Below are positions 1 to 15,741 of a stretch of 64,000 nt of DNA, piece after piece. Below the pieces are notes generated by a model. The model was given only the letters and a program-made list of their open reading frames with translations, was not told the origin of the DNA and ran no database searches. Position numbers and translations under genes: made by a program. This DNA is from the human T2T-CHM13v2.0 reference genome, Homo sapiens: assembly GCF_009914755.1 (NCBI RefSeq), contig NC_060929.1. One strand, written 5' to 3'. The stretch's first letter is position 1, and every line of letters begins with the position of its first letter.

Positions 1-34
1 AGCATTATAAAAGCTCTACAGAAGCCCTAGAAGG

Positions 35-250
35 AAGTGATTAAGAACATGGCCTCGAGCCAAAATCTGAGCACCATCACTTAGAGCTCGGTACCTCTGT
101 GCCTTAGTGTCCTTATCAGGAAAGTAATAATATGATACCTACTTTGTAAGGTTATTATAAGGATTTACAGTTAAATATGTGTATATAAATCACCTAAATT
201 ATGCCAGCCATATGGTAAGCACTCTGTATGTTTGCTGTCTTTATTATCAT
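35..250 (+). mobile_element. MIR SINE (degenerate)
   Basis: MIR core-like ctctgtgccttagtgtccttatc...acctactttgtaaggtt...tggtaagcactc; boundaries approximate. Confidence 0.7.
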
Positions 251-339
251 CAGTATTATTACAGTAAATATGCAGCTAATTAAAAAATTGACCAGAAGTA
301 TGGTACATATTAATAGATAAAGTACCAGATACTATAGTA

Positions 340-510
340 GATACAAAACCAGAAGACTTCATCTTGGGGCTCTTTTGAGCTGCCATGTAATGTCCGTGAC
401 CTTGGGCATGTTATTTAATGTTCTGCAACCTCAAGAGTACCTGTCCCTTGTTACATGGTTGTAGTGAGAGTCAAAGGAGATTAGTGTGAAAGTGCTTTAT
501 ACACCATAAA
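340..510 (+). mobile_element. MIR-family fragment
   Basis: gtgaccttgggcatgttatttaa...gttgtagtgagagtcaaa...gtgaaagtgcttt. Confidence 0.55.
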
Positions 511-658
511 GGACAACAGACATACAAGCTACCCATCAGGAAATAATACACCTGTATTAGTTTGTTTGGTTCATGTACCAATTCCCTTAGCCCTACAAAT
601 TCTGAGGATCAGATTGTCAAATTTATGCATTTTAAATACATGTTAGATAATCTCTGCA

Positions 659-688
659 AAAAACAAACAAACAAACAAACAAACAAAC
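659..688 (+). repeat. (CAAA)n microsatellite
   Basis: Directly visible run of acaa units. Confidence 0.9.
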
Positions 689-2159
689 CATGCTGCTGTA
701 GATTTCAGGATAAGAGAAAAGCTTTCTCTTGTTTGAGAAGATACAGTGATGATGGGTAGAGCGAGTCACTGAGTCTGAGGTCTTTTGGTGGAGGAAGGAA
801 GAAAACAATTTTCTAGGGAACAGGAGCATGAAAAAACCCACCAAATTTGAATGGCATGGCATATGTATGTAATGACTAAGAGGTGTGTACTCACAAAATC
901 AGCTTCTCCTTTTTCTTAAACCCACTTCTCCATAACCAGGCCGCCTGCTGCTGCACCAGGAATTTACTGCTGTGAGCAACTATAAACATTGTGTTAATGG
1001 TAGCACTGCCTGAGAACAGTCATTTGAGAGTGCAGTGTGTACAGTTTCAGGCCAGAGACAATATTTTCTGCCCTCTACACACCACAGGGCACACACTGTA
1101 ATCTGATATAGGGTAAAGGTACTTTAATAATTATTATCATTAAAAGCAAACAACTCCACAGATCAATGCCTCTTTTAAAACATGTTTTCTAATCTCTGTT
1201 TCCTCTCAGATGTATGGTTATTGTCCACCTGGACAGGCCCCAAAGTGACAGCCAGAAATCTGCCTCCACCACCCCTTCTGCTGTTCCTGCCATCATATTT
1301 AATTGTGTTTGCTCAACTCGAAGCCAAACTCATATGCAGTATATTCAGATGGTTAAAATAGCACAGCACTGCGCTGTATTCACAGATTATTTTCAACACC
1401 ACAGTTCTTGGGAATTAGTTTGGAATAAATAAGGTAAAGAGAAAAGAAGCAACATAAATTTGTTCCAGTGACAAAGAAAACAATATCAAAATGTCAATCT
1501 GGAGTTTCGCCATGAATGAGGGAAGGGAGAGCTCCTTTTGGTCCACTCTCCTGCAAATGCAATCACCATCTCATTCTCTAGTCTGGATTTATTTTAAAGT
1601 GGGTGAGAACAAAAGCAAAAAACTAATAGTAAGAAACTGTGAAAAGTACCTTTATTATTTCAAAAGATCAATGTACAATCACTGTACTTATTCTTAGATA
1701 GCATCAAAAGTAAAGGTGTAGAACTGATATATATGTTGATTTTCTGAAACTCTAGGGAGTCATTATTTTTCACAATAGCAAACTTTCTAAATTGAAACAC
1801 ATATATCATTAGTATATATTCAGGATCTGTTTTCTGAGGTCTTGGCTGCTATATACTTCTTCAAATCCCTCAAAATAATCACTCATAATTAGTTTACAAA
1901 GGCTTGGTTGGATACTGTTATCAGCTAACTCCACCTTAAAGTTTTCTACTTGCATTTTTTGTATCATTTAACAAACACAAACTCTGTCATCCAAATGTCA
2001 AAAGATTTATAAGTCTTGGAGTATAAAACAGACTTTGTTGCTGAAGAGGTTATGACTTGAACTGGATCAATTAACTAAAAATAAAGACAAGCTTTCTGTT
2101 ATTTTAATCTGAGCAAAATTTACATAAAAATAATAACAGTGGGGGTTTTATTTATTCAT

Positions 2160-4226
<2,067 letters not shown>

Positions 4227-4439
4227 CAACAGACATTTTAAACATACAGAGCTTAAATAACCTGACTTTCACCCAAATTTGGAAAATGAAGAGAATGAAT
4301 ATGCATATAGATACTTTTTTACTTCAGATTTTCCAGCAAATATTCTTATAATACCTACATGTCTATTAACCAAACATCACATAAGAATACCTACCCTGTG
4401 CTCATCTGTCAGGAGCTGACTTTTTCTCTGCATTCTTAT

Positions 4440-4910
4440 TCCTCATTTGTTTATTAATTAATTCAATACACACTACTTAGAGCCTGCTCTGTGCCCAAGG
4501 GCTGTTCTAGGTAATGAAGACACCACCAGGATAAGGCAAACAAGGTGCTATTCTTATTGAGTTTACATTCTACCACAGAGGGTAAGATTAAAAGACAATA
4601 AATAAACAGAAACAAGTATTTCAGTTGGCAATAACTCAAGAAAACACAGTAGAGTAGAATGCTAGGGTAGCCTGGAGGGTCCCTTTAGATGGGTGAAATA
4701 GAAAAGTCTCCTCAGGAGGTAACATTTGTCTCAGATGGACAAGATGGCACCAGCCATGTGAAGAGCTGAGGGAACTGCAAGCACCAAGACGCTGAAGTGG
4801 GAAAGCGTTTAGAGAATCCAAATAACTTAAAGAAAGCATTCTATTTAGAGCATCATGAATCGGAAGGAGATGTTTTGAGATGAGGCCAGATAGTGAGCGA
4901 AGAACACATT
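4440..4910 (-). mobile_element. L2 LINE 3' fragment
   Basis: attcaata...gagcctgctctgtgcc...gctgttctagg...gagtttacattcta, typical of antisense L2. Confidence 0.7.
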
Positions 4911-5352
4911 TTTGCCAAGGACTCAGGCAGCTGCTTCAAGATTTGTTCTGCCTTTGCAGTCAGCACAGAACCAGCCTGTGGAACAAAGGCCAGTATTGAC
5001 TCAGATACAGACATTGTTGTGGCCCCACAGATCTCCTCTTTCATGTGTCTGAGCGGTCCCTCAAGTCTTTATCTCCTGGGTCTTTATTACCTGAGTGGTT
5101 CACTTGGCTTTTTGACCTTCCTTCTTGCTCATTTTCTGTTTGTCTTCCAGACCTGTGGGCCTGTTGCCTGGTTTCTGATCTGATACTTTTTCTGATCCTC
5201 ACTAGTGGTTTAGGCCTGGAGTCCACATAACCTGGATGTTCTGAGTGTTCGATCTTACAGCAACTTCCTACTAATCCTTAATGGACTTTACAGTTTCCTT
5301 ACCTGACTAGACACCAAAACTGCTGCTATGTTACTACTTTTTTGAATATGTA

Positions 5353-5686
5353 CGGTGGTGCCTCTGTGTCTGTGGGTTCTGCATCCATGAATTCAGTCAA
5401 CCTCAGATAGAAAATATTTGGGAAAAAAAATTCCACTGAGTTCCAAAAAGCAAAACTTGCATTTGTTGCATGCCGAGTATTACATTGAATCCACACAAAT
5501 GCAGTGATGTGTGAGAATTGCATTAGGTATTGAAAGTAATCTAGAGATGATTTAAAGTACATGGGTGGATATGCATAGGTTATATGCAAATATGACACCA
5601 TTTTATATCAGGGACTTGGCATCTGTGGGATTTAGTATCTGAGGGGGTCTTGGGATCAGTCCCTAATAGATACTGAGGGATGACTG
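5353..5686. mobile_element. MER2-family non-autonomous TcMar-Tigger DNA transposon
   Basis: TA on both sides; degenerate TIRs (...gatactgagggatgactg); internal aagtaatctagagatgatttaaagta. Confidence 0.85.
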
Positions 5687-7831
5687 TATTGTGTTATCAG
5701 CTTTCAAAAACACTTCCAAATACTTTAGCACTCTTGACCGTGTCAACAATCTCCATGAAGTAGCTTTACAATTATTATTATTTTATTTTAAAGATAAGGA
5801 AATCTAAAGTCAAAGTAAGTGCCTGAGAACACAGGAATCCTGCTTTCCAGTCTCCATCATATTTAGGGGGTGAGGGAGGTCTAGTGTACTCTAGGCATGT
5901 GGGGAGACTAATTCCACAGATGGCCTGCTTATTATATGAACGTTGAAGACAAGGCACAAATGAATTTAAGGTGAATAGAAAGGATTCTTTTCCCTTATCT
6001 TCAATTTTTTTCATACTTGTATATTTCAGTTCACTTTTCTTTGTAATATTATGTCCTCAGACAACATTCACAGCCCCATACATACACTAGAATGTAGTAT
6101 AGAGATAGACTAATACAAATATATTACCAATAAAAGGAGCAAAAAGAGAAAAAGTGACTCATTTAATTGGTGAATTTGGAAGGAAAAAACTGAGCATATT
6201 CAGCTGAACTGCTCTGAATTCTTTCCTTTGGCTACACCTAACCCCAAACACCATAGTTGGTAGATGTTGGATAGCATATATAACTTTCATTTTAAAAGCT
6301 CAGAGTTCTATGGTCTAATTTTCAAGTATGTATCTTTCAGATAACCATGTTGTCAACAATTAAATGTACTATTAAAAAAATCGGCATTTTCAGATAAGTT
6401 CCAACAAGAGAGACAAGAGGGTGTCATCGAGAAACTAACAATTTCCTTACCGGTTCAATATTAAACAAAACTCATAAATAACCTTCTTAAAATAAATCGG
6501 TGAGCGATAGAAAAGCCTGTAAACCCTCAGGTGTCTTTAATCCTTCTAAGGTGGATCAATTAGGTTCATCATAGCTCGTGTGCGGTAGCTTTGCAGTAGA
6601 ATGATTTTCATACCATTCTTTAAAAATCTAAGGTTCTTATTAAGATGAGATTCTAGCTGTTTCTATTAAAAATTCATGACCCTTTTCCAAGAGAACTGTT
6701 TTGACCTGTTATTTCTGGCTAAATTTGTATGAGTTCTTTTCTCCCACCCACTCCTGCACAGATCTCAAGAAAATACACTTTAACAGCTAGTGATCCAAAG
6801 TCCTTAAACAAAAACAAAAATATGCAATTCTGTGTAAAACACAAATTCACTTAGAGGTGAATATTATAAAAAGGAAATGTAGTAAGTTTTGAAGGATGTT
6901 TGTCCCTAGAGGACCATTTAGTGGATTGGAAGCAGCAATTCATGACTGAAAATAAACTTAGTAAAATATAACACAGTTAATCTGTATAAACTCAAAACTT
7001 TCCAAATAGGAAAATAATTACTTACCTTTCCTAGTTTGTTTCCAGACAGACATTTAATATTGTATAAACATCATGTCACTATAGATTCAATAGAGGCCCT
7101 GGCCTCTCCTCCACCAACCCCTCCTCTCACCTCTCCAAATATCTTTGGGACAGTATAGGTGCACACCTGGTGACTTGTGTATGAATAGGGTACCTCTGGA
7201 CTGCTGCCAGCCAGGTGGTAAGCTTGCTGGGGAAAGGCTCTGGCCTTGATCAGTAAGCTTCTGGGTTGTTGAACTTTGTCTATGATGGGTGTGTGAGCTT
7301 AATTCAGGGGTGAAATATTATAAATACCACTGTGACCTCACATCTAAGCTATAGCTTTTATTGGCAATAAAGCTGCCTCTATAACTTCCTTCTGAGAAAT
7401 ACTGCAACCTCTCTCTTAGGATATTTTCTTATATTCATCCAGATTTCTCAAGAATGATTTGACAATTCTACTATGTTATTATCATTATTTTCTTTCAAAA
7501 AAAAGATACTCAATATTTTTGCAAAAAGATATGGAAATACATTCTATGTCACAAAGATCATATAGACGATAAGCCTCAAACTTAGCTATAAGCACACAGA
7601 CGACTCAAACAATAAAAGGAATATCATAAAATATATCTTATTTGAAAATGTATTATACTTGATTAAAAATCCAAATTTTTAAAGTTTACACCTTATAGTT
7701 TTTACTGAAACTTTAAGTATTTAAAAACCATGTTAATTGATCCAAAGCAAAATGTTCATACTTTTGTGCAAAATAAATTACATGTTGTTTCCTAGGCTGA
7801 AATCATATTATCATTTCATTGGATTATACTG

Positions 7832-7834
<3 letters not shown>

Positions 7835-7870
<36 letters not shown>
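7835..7870 (+). repeat. (TG)18 microsatellite
   Basis: Perfect dinucleotide run. Confidence 0.97.
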
Positions 7871-7873
<3 letters not shown>

Positions 7874-8347
7874 CTTTGTGTAAAATAATATGCTACTGTG
7901 GCTATATTAAGACAGTACCAACATAACTGGCTGAAAAGTGAAAAATTCAATCATGACAGTTTTACTTACATGTTTTCCTGATTAGACTAGTTGATTTGGC
8001 TTGGCATTTTATACGCATTCATTAAGTTGTTGTAAACAAAGGTGTAGTATTATAATAACGTTCAAGTCAATAACTTTTGGTCTTTACAATAGTGAACTAT
8101 TAAATATACAAAGTCAAAAATATTTAAAATTCAGTCTAAAATCCACTAATCTCATCTCTGAAACAAATGTTACTGCCTTTTACAAATTTTTACTATAGAG
8201 AATGGTATTTAGAGAGTATACTCCTATAAATAGCCATATTTTTAAAAGATGGGAGGCTGGAGAGGAAGAAAACAAAATAGATTCCCCTGCTGATAAAATG
8301 TTTTCACTTTTCCCAAAAGTATGCTAGTAAAATCTGTGTACGTGTAT

Positions 8348-8370
8348 ACACACACACACGCACACACACA
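8348..8370 (+). repeat. Interrupted (CA)n, about 45 nt downstream of the 95-nt exon donor
   Basis: acacacacacacgcacacacaca. Confidence 0.85.
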
Positions 8371-8414
8371 ACCTTGTCCCTCAACCAGACCCCCAAGGTC
8401 CCCAATTTTATTAC

Positions 8415-8509
8415 CTGTTTTTGAGCAGCACACTGAAGGTCATCTTATCCAGTCTCAGATAATTTGGCAGCAACTTTGCCCAATTCCAGTTCCATTTTGT
8501 GATGGCTGA
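8415..8509 (-). CDS. KIAA0825: KIAA0825 coding exon (95 nt, phase 0/2): SAITKWNWNWAKLLPNYLRLDKMTFSVLLKN(R); the gene continues beyond the window
   Basis: Acceptor ttctcatttatcaacag, donor CAG|GTAATA; open in frame with the preceding exon; translated by hand. Confidence 0.92.
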
Positions 8510-10292
8510 CTGTTGATAAATGAGAAGACACTATTGTTAGTTATTAATCAGAGTTAATATGATCAGTAAATTAAAGCTCCAGCTGTGATAGACTAACTAA
8601 GAAGGAGGGGGGTCCAGAACAAGGACTTAGACAGATAACATCAATCATGTCCACAGAAGAAGGTTTTTATTCCAATAAGACGGCAATTAATTTATAAATC
8701 CATTTGGGGATGTAGTCATTATTTATAAAAATATAAATCAATTTATTGAGTCGTTATTCTTCCAAGTGTTAATGGCATTTGCCCAGCAAGTTTCTCTGAG
8801 AAGGAGACTGTTTGAAAAGCAAAGCAAAATAGTTGGCAACTTTTTCATACATCATATCAATTTATAGTTTGATTTTCTTTTCAGCAACCAAAAGTTTGAT
8901 TAAAAAACAAACTTGGAAGTGCTAAGAATCAAATTATAAGATACAGCTTAATTAGAGTGTGATATTAATGTTACCTTTTTGGTTAAGAAAATGCTTTAAA
9001 GGGAAGATTATGAGGATCTGTAAGTGTAAATTATATAAGTGATTCCTTTTTCTCATTAATAGAAATTTCACAACAGACTATGGAGAAAAATTACTGTGAA
9101 AAAAATCTCATAATTCAGAACTCAATAAAATATGCCATTTATTTAAATGAAGTAAGGAAAATTTAACAGCTATAATAATTATTTATGGTTTGGAGCAATC
9201 TAATGCACAACACAGAAAAGCAGCCAATAAACTCAAACTTAGTACATTTAAAGTATTATAAATGCTTATGCTCCTTAAAATGAAATAGTTTTGAAAACAA
9301 GAGTCCAGACTGACGTTTAAAATCCAACAAGAGCTATCCCCTGTCACCTGCTGATTAATAGAGCACTACAATCCTGTCATAGAGCAGGAGAATTCCACCC
9401 TGGGTTGTCAGCATTTGAAGGTCTTACTCCACTACAGTATTGATGAGTGTAGACTAGAGCTGTAACAGGCATGGTAAAAATATTATCTGCATGCTGAATT
9501 AGGCCATTGTTTTAATTCTTATTTTCATCAGAGTTCTAGGTCAAGCAATCCTTCTCTTCTGCCCTGTTAGTTCAAATTGTCTGTCAAGAGGTTTCTGGGA
9601 AAAGCCACCAGAAGAATGAACAAAGCAAAAGCAACTTTATATTTCAAATACTTTGGCAGAAAGACGATCTTTTCAGTGTAACTACTGAAACATGCGGCTT
9701 AGACGATGGCATAATCTGACATTAAAAAATGTGTGGTGTTTATCACATTGACTTTATTCCAAATAGACCGGCTTTAAGATCATTAACAAATTCATTTTAA
9801 ATTTGGGAATGTGTCTATGGTTATAAAAAGCAAACTTACCCCATACCACTTAAAGTAGGAGCTCAGTGCTCTATTTATAATTAATTTTAACTATTTTCTA
9901 ATTTGCCTGATAAATTCGTAAAGGTTGCAAGGTATTTTGTGAGTGTGTGTATTGGGGGATGGGGGTGGCAAGGGAGGAAAGGAATGTTACAAAATGCCTG
10001 GTTCTTCAGCTTCTGTAGACACAGCCTAACAGATGTTCCCTCTGCCCATGGTAAACTGACCAGCCAAAAGTTAAGTTTTACAGACCAAACATATGAATCA
10101 GTTTGACAAATAGAAAAAAGGTAAAATAACTCTTAAAAGTCAATTTGTACAGACCATGTAAATAAGAACAAGGCCTTTTGCTTCCTAGCAAAATAAGCTT
10201 ATGAGTAAATACTCAAACACAAAGCAATTTTTTCTTACTTGGGTAAAGAAACCACACATTTAAATTAAATTTACCATTTAATTTCCACATAC

Positions 10293-10451
10293 CTGATCTA
10301 GCATGTTTTCACTAAACGCCTTATACACATGGAAAGGGTTAAAGGCAGAAGGCTGATCTTCTATACTCCTCAAGGTCGTCTTTAAAGGTCGGATGGGTAA
10401 TGGCTTTTCCTCTGAACTATTCATAGAAAACAGCTGTTCTTTTAAATATTC
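10293..10451 (-). CDS. KIAA0825: KIAA0825 coding exon (159 nt, phase 0/0): [53 protein letters not shown]
   Basis: Acceptor tttcttttctttgaag, donor CAG|GTATGT; 53 open codons translated by hand (absent from the ORF track). Confidence 0.94.
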
Positions 10452-11338
10452 CTTCAAAGAAAAGAAATTACAAGTTGTGACGGTGAGAAGCAGACATTCT
10501 CTGTAAAAATAAACTGATCAATATCCAAATTTATCCTTTCAGCACATTTGCTAGATTACAGTGTATTACTTGCCTCAGGGAAGAATATATTTTCAGAAGA
10601 TACATAGTAGAGTACCAATCAGCATTGCAATAAACCCATCAAAAACAGGTTTACCTAATATTTAGTATAGATTAGGAAACCATTTACCAAACTCTTATAT
10701 AATGAATATATGTTTGATATATCAGGACCTTTTTAACAGGCATTGTCTTGTCACTGGTTCACATATTAACGTGTCTGGTTACCAAAACTTAACTCATCTG
10801 CATGATTATTCACAGTATAAGATTGCCCATCCATTCATTAAGTGTAGTTGTTAACTACTCCTGGCTCAGCAGAGCACTGAGTACTCTGATATTTTACTGC
10901 AAGCAGTCTCATTCAATGCAGAATTAATTATAATGCAAGCTCCTAAACTCTATTTCCATCCCATGGAGTGAAAAATATCAAGGCTCAAGAGAAGCTCAAA
11001 ATATGTCATTATAATCCCCCAACTGCCAGTGCAGGCCTGGGCAAAAAAAAAGCCAATCTACAACATTATACCTCATTTTCCACCCATAAATAAGGTGAAC
11101 AATCCTTATGTATTTTATGGAACTTTTTCTGGAAGATGACAAATTAAAATGACTAAAAGTCCCCATCAACTAATAAATGCTTACTATTAATAAATAAGTC
11201 ATCTAATAGATTTTAAAAAATATAAATGTTCTTGTGATGTTTCATGTGTCACAATGTAATTTTTTTCTTTGAGGTTAGGGTTAGGATGAAGTTCAGAATG
11301 TTAGAGCCAAAAAGGTATTCAGACATCATTTAGAAAAC

Positions 11339-11811
<473 letters not shown>

Positions 11812-12056
11812 TCAATGGTTGGTGCTGAAAGGTCAGAGGACAATCCTGAGATCACACAGGTGTGAGAGGTAAAGCTGTGGGGAGGAGCCACATTTCTGGT
11901 CTCAGTTCACTGTGCTTTTTTCTGTGCCTCTATAACTTTAGGAATGCCCACTGTGTTCATCATGAGAGGCAAATTTTATATTATAAAACCCTAAAAATTG
12001 AAAGAAACCACTGCTGAAGTTAACAATCATCGTTTTTGAACTTACTTGTTATAGAG

Positions 12057-12403
12057 CAGCAGTCCGCAATCTTTTTGGCACCAGGGACCAGTTTCCTGGA
12101 AGACAATTTTTCCATGGACATGGACCGTGGGGAGGGGGAGTATGGTTTTAGGATGAAACTGTTCCACCTCAGATCATCAGGCATTAGATTCTCATAAGGA
12201 ACACACAACATAAATCCCTCAAATGTGCAGTTCACAATAGGGTTCATGCTCCTATGAGAATCTAATGCTGCTGCTGATATGACGATAGGTGGAGCTCAGG
12301 TGGTAATGCACACTATCCCGCCACTCACCTCCTGCTGTACAGCCCAGTTCCTAACAGGCCACCAACTGGTAGAGGTCTGTGGCCCGGGGGTTGGGGACCC
12401 CTG
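12057..12403. mobile_element. MER1B hAT-Charlie element
   Basis: TIRs cagcagtccgcaa / ttggggacccctg; 8-bp TSD ttatagag / ttgtagag. Confidence 0.9.
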
Positions 12404-12759
12404 TTGTAGAGCATATCTTTTTAGAAAGATTAATTCTTTAGTGTCTGATGGAGGGTCACACATGGACTCTTACTAAACATTGTTAATGATAAAGCCATCA
12501 GAAAATAGTTTTATGCCTAGATTTAGATTATTGAACAGAAACAAAACTTTTCTCCATTATGATTTATGCAAATAAAATTTTTAAAAGGAATACTTTCGTT
12601 TTTATTGACAAAAAAGCTTTGTTTTGGCTAATAACAATCTGTCTTAACTGATTTCGCCTTACGTAACTACATTTTGACTGTTTCCACTATTCAAAAAAGA
12701 GAAACTGTTCTGTTGCAAATTGTGAAGAAAATGGAATGTTCTCCTTTGTTGATCTTTCT

Positions 12760-13640
12760 AGGTACTGCACTGACAGTCATCACTAACCCTTCTTAACCTC
12801 AGATTCTTTAACTGTGACATTGCTTTAATCAGATTTACCACTAATTGGGCCATATCTTTAGAAGATTTCCATTCTTTCTTGAACACCTTCCCTGTGCATT
12901 ATGTCAAAGCTTATTCCTCTATTCATCATTTCTCCATTTCTCTTCACTGAAGAGCTCTGTCAGTCTGATGACCTCAACTACCACACTCATATATAGACCA
13001 AATCTATATGCATGTCTGCTCTCATTTGTGCCCATGTGTATGGTAGATGCACCTGACGGTCATTACTTGATCATACTCTGAGAATGACCCTGTATGGCAG
13101 ATGCACTTGAATGTGTTTTCAGAGTTCCAAGCTAAGGAATCTGGGAGTGGCCAACCCGAGATCCATTCCTTATCTGTGAGGAACCTCTAAGCCCCTGGCC
13201 CTATCCCACAGTACTGGAGCCATACAGGGGATTGAGGCCCTTTGTTTTGGGTTAAATGAAGGTCGTCAGGTGGAGGTTGCTAGGTAGAGGGTGTTAAATG
13301 AAAATGCTGTATAAACTGCATGCCTCTTGCAAGTGGTTGTGGTTTTCCTGCCCAGCCCACTACCATTGGACTCTCTTCCCTGTATGTAAGCTCCCAGTAA
13401 AACCCCATGTCTTGTGGGCCAGCTCTGGGTCTCTTCAGCCTCTTGAACCTGGTGCCAACCCCATGGGAGTTGATAGGGGTGTGGCACAACATCATGGTCA
13501 GGGCCTTAACTATCATGAGACATTTTTGCTTGGACATCTTATCTTTATCTCAAAGACAAAGCATCTTTAACCTCATTTTCCCTGATGACTTCTTTGTCTC
13601 TATGAATGGCACACCCATTCTTCCCCTCAGCTAGGCCTGT
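12760..13640 (+). mobile_element. Degenerate L2 fragment hosting the solo LTR
   Basis: L2-like pyrimidine-rich flanks (gacctcaactaccac...; gaatggcacacccattcttccc); weak. Confidence 0.45.
13037..13491 (+). mobile_element. Solo LTR, ERVL class (LTR32-like)
   Basis: TG...CA ends, 5-bp TSD ccatg / tcatg, TATA-like gtataaa near 13309 and poly(A)-signal variant agtaaa near 13396. Family name from memory. Confidence 0.8.
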
Positions 13641-15581
13641 ACCCATAAATGCTTCACTATTTACATTACATTCTTGAGAAACATTTAGCAGCACATCTGA
13701 AGGTGCTAAAGACTCATAACACTACTCATGAAATGAACAAACATCACAATGCAATGTCACTTACAGCATAGCAACACCTCACAGTGGAAAAGCAGTCATA
13801 AGTACTATGCTAGTCAGCTAGTCATGCTTGTGTTGTTTGGGCTTATTGCCTGTGTTTTTGTAATAGTTACAAGGCAAAGGTACCTTTCTTTGCCTCTAGC
13901 CTCACCTAACATTATGCCTCTTACCTTGCAGTGCCATGCCTCATTCAGCCCAGTAAACCACCAAATACTTAGCTCTATATCCCATCTGATAGACATTACT
14001 ATAACAGTAAATATACTCAGTTGTAACAAGATAAATCATAACACTGAGCAAAATGTGGTGGTATCCCAGTGTAATCTCATGGTATCCTGTTCAGAATCAC
14101 TATGTCAGAGTTATATGAGCTCTATGAGGGAAGTACAGCCTTTGGCTTTCCAGAGTATAACCAGATAACTGATGGCCAATAAGTAGTCAATTCAATTTTG
14201 GATGATATTGCTTATTGGTGATTATTGAGCTTTTTAATATTATGCACCTTTTAAAAATAGGACCGTTCTATCAGTTTGGCAATTCAGACCAGGTTTACCA
14301 TCCTCAGAGCTATTGTAACACTGCTTGGCTAAGGATATGGGGGTAACCACACTGCAACATCTGTTCCTCAGTAGTTGTCACAATTACTTTGGCCAATCCG
14401 AATGGCCAAGTGCACATACCAATGAGGAGCATCACTTTGCAATAGAGGTCTTTCAGTTTGCCAGGGTGAGGGGTTTCTGAGTTTCCCAGATAGAAACCCT
14501 AAGCAAGCTATGAGGATCACTGACAAGAGTGAATAGGTTGTGTTGCTTTGTAACAATTACAAACTGAGCTCTCGTGCCTTAAGGACAGGGTCATATCTCA
14601 TAGCTACAAATTTCTTACATCCTTCTCAGGCTATCATGGAATACATTGTTATGTCACCTGTTTATCGACTGTTTGATCTATGAAATCCAGGAAACAAGAT
14701 TTACTTGAAGTAACTTTCACATAGCTAATGGTGGGCAAAACGTTTATATAATCAAGTTGTAAAATGCTGTTGTCAAATTTAATTTATTCCCTGAAAATGT
14801 ATGGTTATAAGGCCTACATTATTGAGATAAAACTAAAACACTATATATTCACATTATACAATTTTTACTATTCCAAAAATTACATTCATGTATTTGCAAA
14901 TATAAACGCAATTAGATGCCACAATCTAATTCAGACACATATGATCAAATTCAAAACCTGATTAAGTTAGAGAACTTTGTTTCAAGTAAATAGCTGAGAT
15001 AACGTGCTATTTACATTTTCAATAAAACAGCCAAAAACATGCAAGGTCAGAGGCAATGGGATAGAAAGGCATAACATTGGTTCAACCAGTGTCTGTGTAT
15101 TAATGAATTTTCCTAGGTTAATCTGGTTGCTACCGAATATGGTTCAATACTCTTCTTTAAGTTTTTTCATTAAATAAGAAATCTCCAGCCTCACCAACAC
15201 AAGCATGATATCTGCAGGAAAAGAGCTAAGTCTCTTCTGAAAATTCACTGTACAAATACCAGATTTTAACATCAGCTTAACAGTCACAAACACACAATTC
15301 CCAAACTACACCTCTAGTCTCTACAATTCAGAACTGAACTGAGTTTATGAGCCATGTTATTGTTTAAACCATATAAATAAAATCTACATTGTTTCGGTGA
15401 AGCTTTTTCTGTATAAATGCAGAACAGCCGGGGCTGAATAGATTCTATTAATAATGCAATATTGAGTTTGGTATTGACTTTAAGAAGTATTATCACCTCC
15501 TTGACTAACCCTTAGCTGCCAGCAGACGCTGCCTCAGGCCAGTACACACCTAATTGCTCGATAAAAAGGCCGTTTCCCTAC

Positions 15582-15741
15582 CTCATTGAGCTGCATGATG
15601 TGATAAATTTGCCTCAGGTACTCCCTGCCACCTGGTTTGTGGCAGAGATCCAGGACCATCGTGTTTATTTTCTGCTCAGTCAGTTCAAGAGCAACATCTC
15701 CTTCTTGTAAGGCCGTGCTTTTCTCTATTGTCATAAATGCA
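15582..15741 (-). CDS. KIAA0825: KIAA0825 coding exon (160 nt, phase 2/0): [54 protein letters not shown]
   Basis: Acceptor ctttctttgtatttag, donor GAG|GTAGGG; matches ORF 15534..15734; phases are consistent with both neighbours. Confidence 0.94.

Noticed and set aside
895-979. Possible extra minus-strand exon with a GTGAGT donor
   Set aside because: Weak acceptor and an in-frame stop after a few codons; no support beyond splice-like motifs.
13749-14168. 139-aa plus-strand ORF with a hydrophobic stretch
   Set aside because: No recognisable homology, promoter or splice context; antisense within an intron and a length compatible with chance.
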